From Octopus vulgaris (lineage: Eukaryota): a stretch of DNA of 64,000 bases. The stretch spans positions 9,486,001 to 9,550,000 of the forward strand of contig OX597819.1 of assembly GCA_951406725.2 (NCBI GenBank), read 5' to 3'. Positions 1-13,353 of this stretch are shown in pieces. Every line of letters begins with the position of its first letter. The stretch's first letter is position 1. The translations under genes were made by a program, and so were the position numbers. The notes beneath the pieces are model-generated. The model searched no databases and was not told where the DNA came from. It worked only from the letters and a program-made list of their open reading frames with translations.

Positions 1-557
1 TAACAACAGCAACAATATCAGGGACGTGTAAAGTAGAAGACACTTATACAGTGTTGCTACTTACTTTATTGACTTCTACGGGATGAAATACAAAGGTGGC
101 CCGAGCATTAGGTTTGTCCTGAGAAGTTCATTCGGTGCGATCTACTACCATTTCTACCACTCTGCACCCGTTGTTAATCATAGTAAATGTCGCAGTTCAA
201 AGAATTTTATATCAGAACAGGTTTACAGGTTTTAAGTGAATGTAGAACAAATATGTTTTGTCTAAGTGCGAAAGGTATGACTATTTAATAAGTGGCATCA
301 TGCAAACAGTGACACAGGTGTGCCAATGAGTGAGCTGTATGAACGAACAAGCCCGTATGGTATAGCTTGACTTGCAAGAAAGCGGTAGCCAGCCATTTCT
401 TAATGAAGAGCACACTGGATAATATAGTCGCATATACTCTTAAAAAGCTGATCTGTGGTTAAAGAACAACGATATGAAAATATTCAATTTAATAACTAAA
501 ATTACTTTAGGTGAGCTCGCAAGCCTGTCATATACAAGCACATCTACATTTTTATAT

Positions 558-640
558 ACCGTATTTGACAGCATATAGGACGCACTTTTTTCCAAAAAAT
601 TTGGCTCAAAAAATCGCCCTGCATCTAATATGCGAAGTCA
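558..640. mobile_element. Terminal fragment of a Tc2/pogo-like DNA transposon or MITE
   Basis: TA|CCGTATTT...ATAGGACGCAC start resembles CCGTA-type TIRs; no partner TIR found. Confidence 0.35.
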
Positions 641-760
641 AGACCCTCCCGTAGGCTAATCTTCTCCCAGACGCTCACTAACCTAGCTTACGATAAGTAT
701 TTCTACCTACGCTAACGCCTTAATGATATTTTCCGTACTCATGCATCATTATTTTATTGC

Positions 761-804
<44 letters not shown>

Positions 805-1281
805 GTATTATTACTTTAAAATACGAATTATCGTAAAGATCAAAGCAATCTACCGTAAATTGTTAGGCTGCGATCCATGACACACGTTTACTAATATCAG
901 CTGATCGGAACCCTAACTCGATGCCATCTGACGGTGAGGAGTAAAACTACGGAATGCACATGATCGTTGCGAGTTCGTGTATATACGGAGGTAGGTTGGA
1001 TATCTTGGTACAACAAAGTTTATGATCATAACAAAACACACTACAACAGTACAAGCACCCTCACGGCTATGGTAATACAACCTAAATAAGACTTACGGAG
1101 CCCATTCTGTTTCAGTAAATGGGAACCACAGAGTTACTCTTATTTGCGAATGGATATACTGAGCTGTTTAAGAGTTATGGTTTTCACCAACAGAGCCATC
1201 TAGAGTTGCCCCTTTCACTTCTTTCTTCTCACACCGCTCCTCTCCCTTTTACTCTTTACCACACACATTATACACAGGCGC

Positions 1282-1332
<51 letters not shown>

Positions 1333-1453
1333 TAATTATATATATATATATAAATAAATTAATTTTACTCTGCTATGTATTGAGTACCTTACTTACTGTG
1401 GTTAACCCCGAATCAACCCGGGACCTACATATATATATATATATATATATATA

Positions 1454-1658
1454 GTTAATCCAAACAAGAAAACACAAAAAAACACAACAACGCGAGGACG
1501 TGGAACAAATAAAGTATTATTGGACGCTCAGGAAAGAAGGGAAGAAGGAGGGTTTAACGTTTCGAGCGGAGCTCTTCGTCGGAAACATAGGAGAAGGAAA
1601 GATCCCGAGAAGGGAAGACAGAGGAAAAAAAATCGCCAACGGTACACATGAGGTCACA
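1454..1658 (-). mobile_element. Penelope pseudo-LTR-like element, family E (hammerhead-bearing)
   Basis: About 200-bp unit between (TA)n tracts; near-identical copies at 6767-6970 and 39292-39455. Confidence 0.7.
1552..1586 (-). ncRNA. Minimal type-I hammerhead ribozyme, U4C core variant
   Basis: GUUU-CCGACGA-A-GAGC UCC GCUC-GAAA-CG-UU-AAAC. Confidence 0.65.
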
Positions 1659-1676
1659 TATATATATATATATATG

Positions 1677-1741
<65 letters not shown>

Positions 1742-2062
1742 GTATATGTATTTATGTATATATTTGTGTGTGCGTGTGTCTGCGTGTAAGTAGATACATA
1801 CATTCATAAAGACTTTAATCAAAGTGTACGATATTATACAGTTATGTCCGTTGACTCCAAGGTACTTGAGATGACTCTAAGGCAGCAAGAGACTAGTCTG
1901 TATCGCGGTAGCTATTGTATAGTGTACTGGTTTTCGCTGGAGACCGACATGAGTTCGACCTGAGCCAATCGCACCGACTGAGAGGGCTCCTTCAACATGG
2001 ATGTGTGAATATATGTGTTTATGCAAGCGTATGAATGAGTGATTGTTTCCTTTGAAGTATAT

Positions 2063-2488
2063 ACTCTTTTACTCTTTTACTCTTTTACTCTTTTACTTGT
2101 TTCAGTCATTTGACTGCGGCCATGCTGGAGCACCGCCTTTTGTCGAGCAACTCGACCCCGGGACTTATTCTTTGTAAGCCCAGTACTTATTCTATCAGTC
2201 TCTTTTTGCCGAACCGCTAAGTGACGGGGACGTAAACACACCAGCATCGGTTGTCAAGCAATGCTAGGGGGACAAACACAAACACACAAACATATACACA
2301 CGCATACATATATATACATATATACGACAGGCTTCTTTCAGTTTCCGTCAACCAAATCCACTCACAAGGCATTGGTCGACCCGGGGCTATAGCAGAAAAC
2401 ACTTGCCCAAGATGCCACGCAGTAGGACTGAACTCGGAATCATGTGGTTGGTTAGCAAGCTACTTACCAAACAGCCACTCCTGCGCCT
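2063..2488 (-). mobile_element. tRNA-derived SINE family A
   Basis: tRNA-like head, internal microsatellite, (AGTAAAAG)n tail; more than 10 copies in window. Confidence 0.9.
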
Positions 2489-2498
2489 ATATATATAT

Positions 2499-2675
2499 TT
2501 TTTTTTTTCTAGTTTCAGCTCAGTAGCTGCGGCCATGCTGATGCACCACCGTTAATGTGCTATACTTACTGCACCTAGGTTTCCCAAGCGGTCACCCATC
2601 TAAGTACTGACTAGGCTTGACGTTGCTTAACTTCGGTGATCAGACGAGAACCTGTGCTTTCAACGTGATGTAGGC
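2499..2675 (-). mobile_element. 5S rRNA-derived SINE (SINE3-like) or 5S pseudogene with SINE tail
   Basis: Reverse complement reads GCCTAC..CACGTTGAAAGCACAGGTTCTCGTCTGATCACCGAAGTTAAGCAACG..AGTACTTAGATGGGTGACCGCTTGGGAA, then a family-A-like tail and an A-run. Confidence 0.8.
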
Positions 2676-2800
2676 ACAAGGCCCGAAATTTTGGGGGAGG
2701 TGGTCAGTCAATTAGATCGACCTCAGTACGCAACTAATACTTAATTTATCGACCCTGAAAGGATGAAAGCCAAAATCTACCTCGGCGGAATTTGAACTCA
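2676..2800 (-). mobile_element. SINE family B, short-tail variant, 5'-truncated
   Basis: Shares GCTTTCATCCTTTC.GGGTCGATAAATTAAGTA core; tail matches 63445-63660. Confidence 0.75.
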
Positions 2801-2805
2801 GAAAA

Positions 2806-3115
2806 GACCCATTTGGGTCATGAATAACCATGGAATTGCACTTATAAAGTTACCCTCCTAGGCACAAGTCAGGGTGAGATTGTTTATGGAAGACTAACAG
2901 TCGCCCATGCATACCCCTCCCCATGTCACTAATATTGTCCAAGGGAAAGGCAAAGGCCAATACAGCTTGGCACTAGTGACATCGCAATTCATTTCTACAG
3001 CTGGGTGAACTTGAACAACATGAAATAAAGTGTCTTGCTCAAGAACACAACACACAGCCCGGTCCAGGAATCGAACTCGCTACCTCATGATTGTGAGCCC
3101 GATGCTCTAACCACA
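2806..3115 (-). mobile_element. tRNA-derived SINE family G (V-SINE-like central motif)
   Basis: Reverse strand has GTGGTTAGAGC..GAGTTCGATTCC A/B boxes followed by TGTTGTGTTCTTGAGCAAGACACTT. Confidence 0.7.
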
Positions 3116-3220
3116 CACCTGTGTGTGTAAATGTGTGTGTGTATAGGTATCACCTTATGTAGTGCACCTTGTACTGTCGTTTACAGATTGGTTGTATATT
3201 CATACATATAAATATGTAAT

Positions 3221-3453
3221 AGGCGGTGAGCTGGCAGAAACGTTAGCGCGCCGGGCGAAATGCGTAGCCGTATTTCATCTGTCGTTACGTTCCGAGTTCA
3301 AATTCCGCCGAGGTCGACTTTGCCTTTCATCCTTTCGGGGTCGATAAATTAAGTACCAGTTACGCACTGGGGTTTGATGTAATCGACTTAATCCGTTTGT
3401 CGGTCCTTGTTTGTCCCCTCTGTGTTTAGCCCCTTGTGGGTAGTAAAGAAATA
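3221..3453 (+). mobile_element. SINE family B (Meta-domain-like core)
   Basis: tRNA-like head, GCCTTTCATCCTTTCGGGGTCGATAAA core, TSD ATATAAATATGTAA. Confidence 0.9.
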
Positions 3454-4115
3454 TATAAATATGTAACCTCATTCGTGTATTGGAATGCCGGACCCTCATT
3501 TTGTCCTTATGACAAATTCAAAGATCATTATTTTATCCATTATTATTATTTTGCTATTTTTCCTTCTTCCCCCACAATTAATGCTTCTTATCTACCATTC
3601 CTTCACATCTTCCTATTTCCTTTTCTAGCTTTCTATCACTAAGTATATTTCGCCTTTGTCAACTTATCATTGTTGTTGTTAATGCTTTTGTTGTTACAGC
3701 TGTTGTTGCTGCTGCCATAGCCGCTTTTATTGTTGTAGTTTTTGCCGTTGTTAATCCCGTAAATCCTCAGCTAGTCAGCCCTGTAAGTCGATACATGCGA
3801 GGATGAAGGGATAGAAAGAAACATTCCACAGTTACCACTTAACCACTCGACTACTAAGAAATACCACTGACATCTAAACCAACACTATCATCACTCCCAT
3901 CTGACTTTACGTCAGCATCATCCTCATGAGAAAATGCTTTACAGAGGAGAAAGAATAATAAACTAGAAACGGTCGAACACAAAACGCAAAACTCTTACGT
4001 TGACTGCAATCTAGGAAATAGTTGCAATTTTTTTAACGTTTTGATAAAGACGACGTTCTTCCATTACAATTCCTTTCACAGCGAGGATGCATCACGCGAA
4101 TAATTGATCCTAGTA

Positions 4116-4482
4116 TCTTTTACTCTTTTACTCTTTTACTTGTTTCAGTCATTTGACTGCGGCCATGCTGGAGCACTGCTTTTAATCAAGCAACTCGACC
4201 CCGGGACTTATTCTTTTTCTAAGCCCAGTACTTATTCTATCGGTCTCTTTTTGTAGAAACGCTAAGTAACGGGGACGTAAACACACCAGCATCGGTTGTC
4301 AAGCAATGCTAAGGGGACAAACACAGAGACGCAAACAAACACACATACATATATATATATATACATATATACGACAGGCTTCTTTCAGTTTCCGTCTACC
4401 AAATCCACTCACAAGGCATTGGTTGGCCCGGAGCTATAGCAGAAGACACTTGCCCAAGATGCCACGCAGTGGGACTGAACCC
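4116..4482 (-). mobile_element. SINE family A, 5'-truncated
   Basis: Identity to other family A copies. Confidence 0.9.
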
Positions 4483-5377
4483 TAACCCTAACTCTGCATA
4501 GGTTCTTGGAAAATGCTTATTATTAATGTCAGGAAGTTTCTAGCTGTTAGTAGAAACTTCTAGATTCAATACTGGATTTCAAACCCTCCATTCTGTCTCC
4601 CTGCATCCGATGAGTGGGACGTGTCTTACGTGTCTTACGTGTCTTACGTGTCCCCGAAGTCGAGCGGAGATGAGTCAAACTGTTATTAAATACATATGAC
4701 TCCAACCATATATGCTCAGTACTACTTTCTTTCGATTGATCATTCACTTGTGTCATGTGTTTCAGTCACTGGACTGTGACCATGGTGGGGTAAAGCCATG
4801 ATGGCTTTAGTTGATCAAATTTCCCCTAATACTCATTTTGAATCAGGTACTGAATCTACCGCTCCGTAATTGCCGAACGGCTAGTTTACAGAAACGTAAA
4901 CAAACCAACTTCATAGTTTATTACAGGCATTATCAAAATATTGAAACGCAATTTCAATGTAGTGAGACATATTTTGATATATTTACATATTTATTTACTC
5001 CGTTACTCTACCGTTTCTTTAGCGTTGTCCTTCGTTCGTCCAGCGTTTATAAAATAAAGCATTGGAGTCGATATACTAAATTATACATCCCACCAAATAT
5101 TCAAGCTTAGAAGTTAATAGTAACATTGCTACCAATTTTGATAGAGGCATAAAGCTGAAAATTCGAAGAGGGATACAGCCAAGAATATGGAGTTCCTGGC
5201 AGGGGTTCAGTTTGTCGTGCCTGGAATGAAGAAAAGTTGAGTTTAGCTGGGCAAGATTTGAACTCGGAGAGTAAAAACACCTACCAAAATATTACATGCT
5301 CTGACACTGTCATGTCATTGAGAACAACTTTCATTTTATTCGAATTTCTATATACTTTTGTAAACTTTGTGAAGCTT

Positions 5378-5416
<39 letters not shown>

Positions 5417-5435
5417 GTGTGTGTGTGTGTGTGTC

Positions 5436-5481
<46 letters not shown>

Positions 5482-5601
5482 GTCTGATTATATGTCAACT
5501 TTGTCTGATTTTCACGGTTTACTTACAATCGTGTAGTTGTGGTGACAGTCCTGTTTTACAATTTGCAAATTGTAAAACATAACAGTCACCACTACTGCAT
5601 A

Positions 5602-5642
5602 AACCTGAAGATTGCAGAGTTTAATGCATGAAAGTACTAGTT
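5602..5642 (+). ncRNA. Minimal type-I hammerhead ribozyme in pLTR-like element
   Basis: AAC-CUGAAGA-U-UGCA..UGCA-U-GAAA-GUAC-UA-GUU; palindromic helix III; preceded by fold-back 5533-5596. Confidence 0.65.
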
Positions 5643-5784
5643 CAATCAGAATGGATATTTACTATTCTATCATTTCATTATATTGTAGTATATTATATTA
5701 TTATAAGATATTAAATAAAACGGGAAAACCAAAGTTGGAATTTCTTTGAGTAATATATTCTTCTATACACAATCATACTCACCC

Positions 5785-5825
<41 letters not shown>

Positions 5826-5828
<3 letters not shown>

Positions 5829-6240
5829 TTTACTCTTTTACTTGTTTCAGTCATTTGACTGCGGCCATGCTGGAGCACCACCTTTTAGTCGAGCAAATCG
5901 ACCCCGGGACTTATTCATTGTAAGCCCAGTACTTATTCTATCGGTCCCTTTTGCCGAACCGCTAAGTAACGGAGACATAAACACACCAACATCGGTTGTC
6001 AAGCAATGCTAGGGGGACAAACACAGACACACAAACACACACACACACACATATACATACATATATATATACATATATACGACAGGCTTCTTTCAGTTTC
6101 CGTCTACCAAATCCACTCACAAGGCATTGGTCGGCCCGGGGCTATAGCAGAAGACACTTGCCCAAGGTGCCACGCAGTGGGACTGAACCCTGAACCATGT
6201 GGTTGGTTAGCAAGCTACTTACCACACAGCCACTCCTGCG
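5826..6240 (-). mobile_element. SINE family A
   Basis: Full-length copy. Confidence 0.9.
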
Positions 6241-6612
6241 TCTACATATTATATATATAAAATCCGTTCTGTCTGTCTGTGGGTGTGACTTCTAGGATCT
6301 CGGGCATCCTCCATCCGATTGCGCTCAAATTTGATATGTAGATACCGACGATATCAGGGCGTGTATAAGTCTTGAAAAATTACAAAAATCGATTCCAGGT
6401 GAGAATGCGATCGATAAAGCCGTGCGAACGTGTATTTGTACGCGCAAGTACATCAGTCGGAATCCGTCTTTTGCTGGTGTCTCAAATTTAGGTTAAATCA
6501 GTGTTTCTCAAAGGGGAGGCCTATGGGACGGTCGGACAAGCTGTTTTGAGAAAATTTGGTTTAAATGTTTGACAACTCAGCACCGTCCATTAAACGAGGG
6601 GCGTTTTGCTCG
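6241..6612 (+). mobile_element. Non-autonomous Helitron, second family
   Basis: 5' TC plus TATATAAAA..CTGTCTGTC; subterminal CGTCC/GGGCG hairpin; 3' CTCG|T. Confidence 0.5.
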
Positions 6613-6617
6613 TATAT

Positions 6618-6652
<35 letters not shown>

Positions 6653-6766
6653 CAAAAAATGGGTTCTCAACACATCTATTGGGAATTGCATGTATAAATC
6701 AAAACAGTTTGATTCAGAGTACCAAGGAGTCTAAACCAAACTGTTTTGATCTATATATATATATAT

Positions 6767-6965
6767 GACCTCGTGAGCACCGCCAGCAATTTTTTTTCCT
6801 CTGTCTTCCCTTCTCGGGATCTTTCCTTCTCCTTTGTTTCCGACGAAGAGCTCCGCTCGAAACGTTAAACCCTCCTTCTTCCCTTCTTTCCTGAGCGTCC
6901 AATAATACTTTATTTGTTCCACGTCCTTGCGTTGCTGTGTCTTTTTTGTGTTTTCTTGTTTGGAT

Positions 6966-6970
<5 letters not shown>
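6767..6970 (+). mobile_element. Family E pLTR-like element with hammerhead at 6836-6870
   Basis: Reverse-complement match to 1454-1658; GTTTCCGACGAAGAGCTCCGCTCGAAACGTTAAAC. Confidence 0.7.
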
Positions 6971-7014
<44 letters not shown>

Positions 7015-7104
7015 CACTAAATTGATTTTTTTATTTCATTTCAGTGATGGTCAAACTAGGACTGAACGGTAAATATGAGTTTACATTATATTTAACTGCG
7101 TTTT

Positions 7105-7170
<66 letters not shown>

Positions 7171-7333
7171 TGTGTGTGCCTGTACAGCAACATAGTGCCA
7201 CGAGATGTAATTGAGAGCTCAGTGAGAATCGCAGCATCTTCTCAGGGCTATTATCGTTATAATCAGAGTACCAGTCTGATTTCTTGTTTTGGACTGAGTT
7301 GACCAAAAGAATATTTACAGTTCTATATTCAAC

Positions 7334-7503
7334 AGATGAGGAATTATATATATTATTTACATTATTTACATTTGACGGATATTTGTCTCCTCATCTTGTT
7401 TGTTGTTAACACGCCGTTTCGGCTGATATACCCTCCAGCCTTCATCAGGTGTCTCGGGGGAAATTTCGAACCTGGGCTCTCATTCCTAAGGTGTTTTTGA
7501 TGT

Positions 7504-7505
<2 letters not shown>
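7334..7505 (-). mobile_element. Family F pLTR-like element with hammerhead at 7409-7452 (cleavage triplet mutated)
   Basis: Matches arms of 18165-18760; ACAC-CUGAUGA-A-GGCUG..CAGCC-GAAA-CGGC-GUGU; followed by (AAT)n/(ATT)n. Confidence 0.7.
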
Positions 7506-7805
<300 letters not shown>

Positions 7806-7916
7806 TCATGTTTCTAACAACAATATTTATTGTTATCACATTTTAAAGTTGTACATTGTCAAATATAGCGTGGAAACTTTAATACAATATATACTTTGGG
7901 AAACTTTTAACCATAT

Positions 7917-8310
7917 ACGCAGGAGTGGCTGTGTGGTAAATACCTTGCTCACCAACCACATGGTTCCGAGTTCAGTCCTACTGCGTGGCACTTTGGGCAA
8001 GTGTCTTCTACTATAGCCTCGGGCCGCCGACCAAAGCCTAGTGAGTGGATTTGGTAGACGGAAACTGTAAGAAGCCCGTCATATATATATATATATATAT
8101 ACATTTGCGCGTCTGTGTTTGTCCCCCATCATCGCTTGACAACCGATGTTGGTGTGTTTATATCCCCATAACTTAGCAGTTCGGCAAAAGATACCGATAG
8201 AAAAAGTACTAGGCTTCCAAAGAATAAGTTCTGGGGTTGATCTGTTCGACTAAAGGCAGTGCTACAGCATGGCCGCAGTCAAATGACTGAAAAAAATAAT
8301 AAAAGAATAA
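7917..8310 (+). mobile_element. SINE family A, diverged subfamily
   Basis: Homology to family A. Confidence 0.85.
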
Positions 8311-8574
8311 AAGAATATATAATGTAGAGATTAAGAAGACGCTCTCTGACGGTGCTATAATGCAGAACTCCTCTGTAATAATATCTGCCACAGAACTACA
8401 TTTCAGTCGGTGTTGATTTATGTTATTGCTTTTAAACATTATTTTATAGGATTTATTTATATTTTTGTAGTTAAAGTATTATCATGTTGCTTCTTTTCGC
8501 CTTTTTTTTTATCCATACCGGCTAAGACAATTTGAAAAAAGACGTCTATGTATATCCATTGTAATGTATATTAT

Positions 8575-9110
8575 CGTCAGGTCTCTGCTTGGAGCTACTG
8601 GTAACATGTAACCCAGTACAACCTGTTACATGGTCGGGTCGTTGGCGACTAAACTGGCAACCCCACCAAGATTTCTTGGTGAGGAGGGTGATTTGGACAC
8701 CCAGCAGGACTAAAAACAAAACCTGTCAAAGGGCAGAGGAACTCTCTCATGAGTCAATGGCCATCCAAAATCCGGAGTGGAGCCCCTAAGGCGGTTGGAT
8801 TGCGCCATGCGTGCCACCTTCCGGCAGCTCCTGCATCTTGGTCTACCCCCAGTCGTCTTGACTTTATCTTGCCACTGGATCCGGCGCAACAGGACGAGAG
8901 AGTGAGGCTGATCCTGCGCAAGTCACCCTCACTATAATCCAATTCACGCGCATGTCACGACATCATGACGTCATGACACCATCCCAAAGTCCTCCCCACC
9001 TGTGGGAGGGGCTTCCTTGCCCGGATTGGCCTCACCAGCCACCTCAGGTCTCATGGCGGCAGTTCCATCAGATGATGTCAGTTGGTCATCTTCGAACCGA
9101 AGGACGAACA
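8575..9110 (+). mobile_element. Probable non-autonomous RTE derivative
   Basis: GC-rich island ending ATCTTCGAACCGAAGGACGAAC, reminiscent of RTE 3' ends; single copy here. Confidence 0.35.
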
Positions 9111-9404
9111 TTATATTATCGTACAGTCTTCAAGTTGCATGGTATTAATAATATTATATTTCACGCTGTTGATATACAACAGCCTCTTTAGGTTTATTCT
9201 GGAAGGAATGTTAACATATAATTATGATTGTTTTTTGAAATTAGTAATAATTAATTAGATTGAATATACTTAAGTGTTTTGTATTTAACGTTATGTTCAT
9301 TAATCTTGCACAGACACACACATGCTCATGTAGAAACAAACAGAGATATGCATACGCTCACATACTCCGTAACGTTGCCAAAAGACTGTATAGTTATCAA
9401 CATC

Positions 9405-11944
9405 ATTGGTCTACGGTGTCTAGCGCACTGTCAGAGATGTTTTTTTCTTTGGTATAGAGTTCGGAATAATGTTCCACCCATCTCTCCAGCTGCTCTCTTT
9501 TGTCCTTGATAACTTCCCCTGTTCTGGATTTGAGTGAAGCCATCTTGCTCTGGGTTGGGCCGATGGGTTTCTTGATACCCTCATACATTCCACGAATGTT
9601 GACTGTGTCAAACGACAGTTGGATATCTGCACATAGTTGTAACCAGTAGGCATTTTCACACCATATCACTGTCTTCTGAATGCTGTTCCTTGCTGATCTC
9701 AAGGCTTGCAGCATTGCCCTGGTGGGTTGATGTGAATGTTTGAGCAAGACAGTACGTTTCTCCTCCATGGGGGTATTGAATTCTTTCACATTCGACTCCA
9801 ACCAGTCATGTGTCATTTTCCTCCTCCACTCAAAGGCCCCCAATGCAGTGCTATGAATGATGTTCCTGGGAGAGGCTGGCCATTGCCTTCTGGTGGGTCT
9901 GCAAGAAGGGTGTTTCCCAGTGTCTTGAGGAATTTAGCTGTCATAGTTGGTTGTTGGGTTGCGGTAGTATTGATGCACTGCTTGCCTGGGGACTGGGCGC
10001 AGTGCATCATTTTTGGTTGGAGCTTGGAGTTTGAGATTATAGAAAACCAGGGGGTGGTCTGTGTCGCTGTCAGCGCTCTGAAAAGATCGAGTCAGGAGAA
10101 CATTCCTGAGGTGGTTGCGTCTTGTGATAATCAAGCCTATATGTCATGGAGGAGCTGGACACACTGCCAACTGCTGAAGAACTGAGTAGAGCCTTTGATG
10201 GCTTGCCCACTGGAAAAGCACTGGGTTTGGATGGCATACCACGAGAAATCATCAGATGTACAAGGAGAATTCTACTTAGCCACTTGCTGAAGCTACTGTG
10301 TTAGTGCTGGGAGGAAGGATCGGTACCGTAAGACATGAGATACTGCAACATTGTCCTCCAATATAAGAACAAAGGAGACAAAAGTGACAGCAATAACTAC
10401 CGAGACATCTCGCTGTTGAGCATCGTTGGGAAAGTCTTAGCTCGCGTGGCCCTAAATACGCTACAGAAAATTGCTGAGAAGGTATACCAGAATCTCATTC
10501 TGGTTTCAGAGCAAAACGCTCCCCCATCGATATGATCTTCTCTCTCCGACAACTCAGGTGCCGAGAGTAAAGACAACCACTCTTTATCACCTTTATCAAC
10601 CTCACAAAGGCGCTTGACCTAGTCAGTAGAAACGACCTGTTCAAAATACTTACCAGGATTGGTTGTCCTCCAATACTTCACAGGATGCTCAGTCATTTCA
10701 CACGGTTATGAAAGGCGTCGTTCAATTTGATGGCTCTTTTTCGGAGACATTTAACATACACAGCGGTGTGAAACAGGGGTGTCCCCTTGCCCGACCCTAT
10801 TTAGTATCTTCTTTGTAGTCAAGCTGAAACATGCATTTGAGGCATCAACTGATGGTGTTTACCTCAACGTTAGGTCAAGTGGCAAACTGTTTAGTCTGTC
10901 GAGGCTGAAAGCAAATCCACCCCAAGGTGTGCCAGGTACTCGTCAAAGAAATGCTGTTCGCAGACGATACAGCACTGACAGCGCACTCTGAAGAGCAAAT
11001 AAGGCATCTCGTGGACAAACCCTCAAAGGCCTGTCAGGAATTAAGCCTGACTATCAGCCAAGAAATGGCTCAAAGTGTCAAGCACGCCCCACCATCACCA
11101 TCAAAAACTAATGGCTGGAGGTAGTCCATCAACTCACCTATATCTGCTCTACCATTACTGATGACCTCTCACTTGGCCCTGAGATCAACAGACGAATTGG
11201 ACAAGCATCCTCCATATTTGCCAGGATCATAAAGAGAGTCTGGGAAAGCAAAATACAGGCTGCAAACAACAAAAGTGTTGTCTATAAGGCGTGCATCCTC
11301 AGTACGATACTTTATTGCAGTTAGACGTGTGGCCTCTATTCTAGACAGGAGCGACATCTCAAAGTCTTTCACCATCGCAATTTAGGACGCATCTTCAGCA
11401 TCAAGTGGACCGACCACATCACCAACACTGAAGTCCTCAACCGAGCCAAGATACCCAGCATACACATCTTGATCATCCAGCAGCATTATTTGCACTGGCT
11501 CGGTCATGTTCATCGCATGCCAGACGGAAGGATCCCCAAAGACCTCCTGCATGGGGAATTGGCTACTGGCACAAGAGCACGAAGATGACATCATCTTCAT
11601 TTCGAAGATGTCTGTAAGAGGGATATGAAATCGCTGGGTTTGGACGTCCTGAGGTGGGAGGAGGTTGCGAATGATCGCCCGCACTAAGAGACAAATGCTG
11701 CGAAAGGGAAGGAAGAGAGCAGAAGGGAAACACGTACTCGCCACCAAAGAAAAGCGCACTCGACGGAAGGAAAATCAGCAGCACCGACAGAGAGCTCCTT
11801 CAAATGCAGTCGCTCTATGCGGGACTGCCACTCTCGTGTGGGCCTGTACAGCCACAACAGACACTGCACCACCATCAGCAGCTGACGCGATTTCTTCGAG
11901 CGCAGATCCATGGCCTCTCCAGACCGACGGATACCTACTACTAC
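9405..11944 (+). mobile_element. RTE-clade LINE relic with 5' inversion (9405-10135 inverted)
   Basis: APE C-terminus (LIITRR..SADSDTDH) on minus; RT motifs (NYRDISLLSIVGKV, MLFADD) on plus; (CTA)n tail; TSD TATCAACATC at 9395-9404 and 11945-11954; frameshifts. Confidence 0.9.
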
Positions 11945-11992
11945 TATCAACATCGTACAACAAAGTACAATGTCAGTTAAGTTTTATAATAA

Positions 11993-12385
11993 TCTTTATA
12001 TATAAAAGTCAAGTTGTGTGTCTGTCAACTCCGATTTAGATTCCTAACTACTCCCACATTTTGCGATGCAGTTTAACCAAAACCGGGTATCTTATAGTCG
12101 TGATTCATATCGAGCCCTTCTGGGTATTAGCGCGCGTCCACGATGAGTCTACGATTTTAAAAATAATTTACCATCATTTTTTCCATTTTAATGCATATTT
12201 TTTTAAATATAAGGGAAGTAACTCTCTAAAAATGTCTACGATGAGTCAACGATTTTTTTAAAAAATTACCACAATTTTTTTTCCATTTTTAATGCATTTT
12301 TTGTTATTTTTTGGCTATAACTCTCTAAAAATGCTTTATAGTTATTTCCCTTACAAACCCGAGCAACACCGGGCGATACTGCTAG
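11993..12385 (+). mobile_element. Non-autonomous Helitron family D
   Basis: A|TC start, CCCGAG..CCGGG hairpin, CTAG|T end, no TSD; 5 copies. Confidence 0.85.
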
Positions 12386-13186
12386 TAAAACATAAATGTA
12401 AAGTGGTTTGAACAGAGGCTGGCAACGTTAGACCTTCTCTGCAAGCACAATATGCTTTTTCTCTATTTCTCTATTTCTATGTCGCCAATCAGTAGAAATT
12501 TCAAGAACACAGATACATTTTACCTGAGATAGATATGTTATCAGGGGAAACATTTATTATTGATGCACTAAGCCCTATAAACTAAATTCACATCAGTCTA
12601 CTTAAATTAACCCCCAACGAAGGACAACTGACACAAAAATATAGTAAAGATGGTGAGTGCGCAGGCTCAAAATGTTGTTGAGTAACTTAGTTGTAAAGCG
12701 TATAATCCTTTAGGTTGATGAACTATTTGAAAGGAATTAGTTTTCAGGAAGTGCTTCTATAAGAATATTGAGAGAAATTACTAAGTTAGAGATAATTATT
12801 ATATCATCCGAATTATAAGTTGTATTCGGAACAAAATTATGAAAAGAAATGTGGAAAAGCGAAAAAAAAAACACTCTTCATAGTTCATAGAGAGAAGAAA
12901 AAAATCAACATAAAATCTTATGAAAGCTGTTTCAGTTTATCTACAGATCTACTTTACGTGAGAGGAGAAGGAGAATATAATAAAATATATGATTTAACAG
13001 TTTATGAAAGATTGCTAAAGATTTCTTAAGCATTAATTATTCACGAGCATCCTAATAAGTCTTTGTCTTCGTTGGCAAATATAAAAAAATCGTTGGCGAG
13101 CTATAACTGCAACTAACATTAGATTCAGAAGAATATATTTGAGGAACACACATTTTTTCCGCTAGACACGAAATGGTTTGAGATTA

Positions 13187-13322
13187 ACCAACCACATGGT
13201 TCCGGGTTCAGTCCCACTGCGTGGCACCTTGGGCAAGGGTCTTCTGCTATAGCCCCGGGCCGACCAATGCCTTGTGATTGGATTTGGTAGACGGAAACTG
13301 AAAGAAGCCTGTCGTATATATG

Positions 13323-13353
<31 letters not shown>

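Noticed and set aside
920-967. Hammerhead-like CTGACGG..GGAATGCAC
   Set aside because: At least three core mismatches; at best a decayed copy.
4479-4491. Two CCCTAA telomere-like units at a SINE 5' junction
   Set aside because: Too short to distinguish from slippage.
4600-4672. CCGATGA-GTGGGAC..GTCCCC-GAAG with a 9-bp tandem repeat loop
   Set aside because: No UH triplet or clear stem I; possibly decayed.
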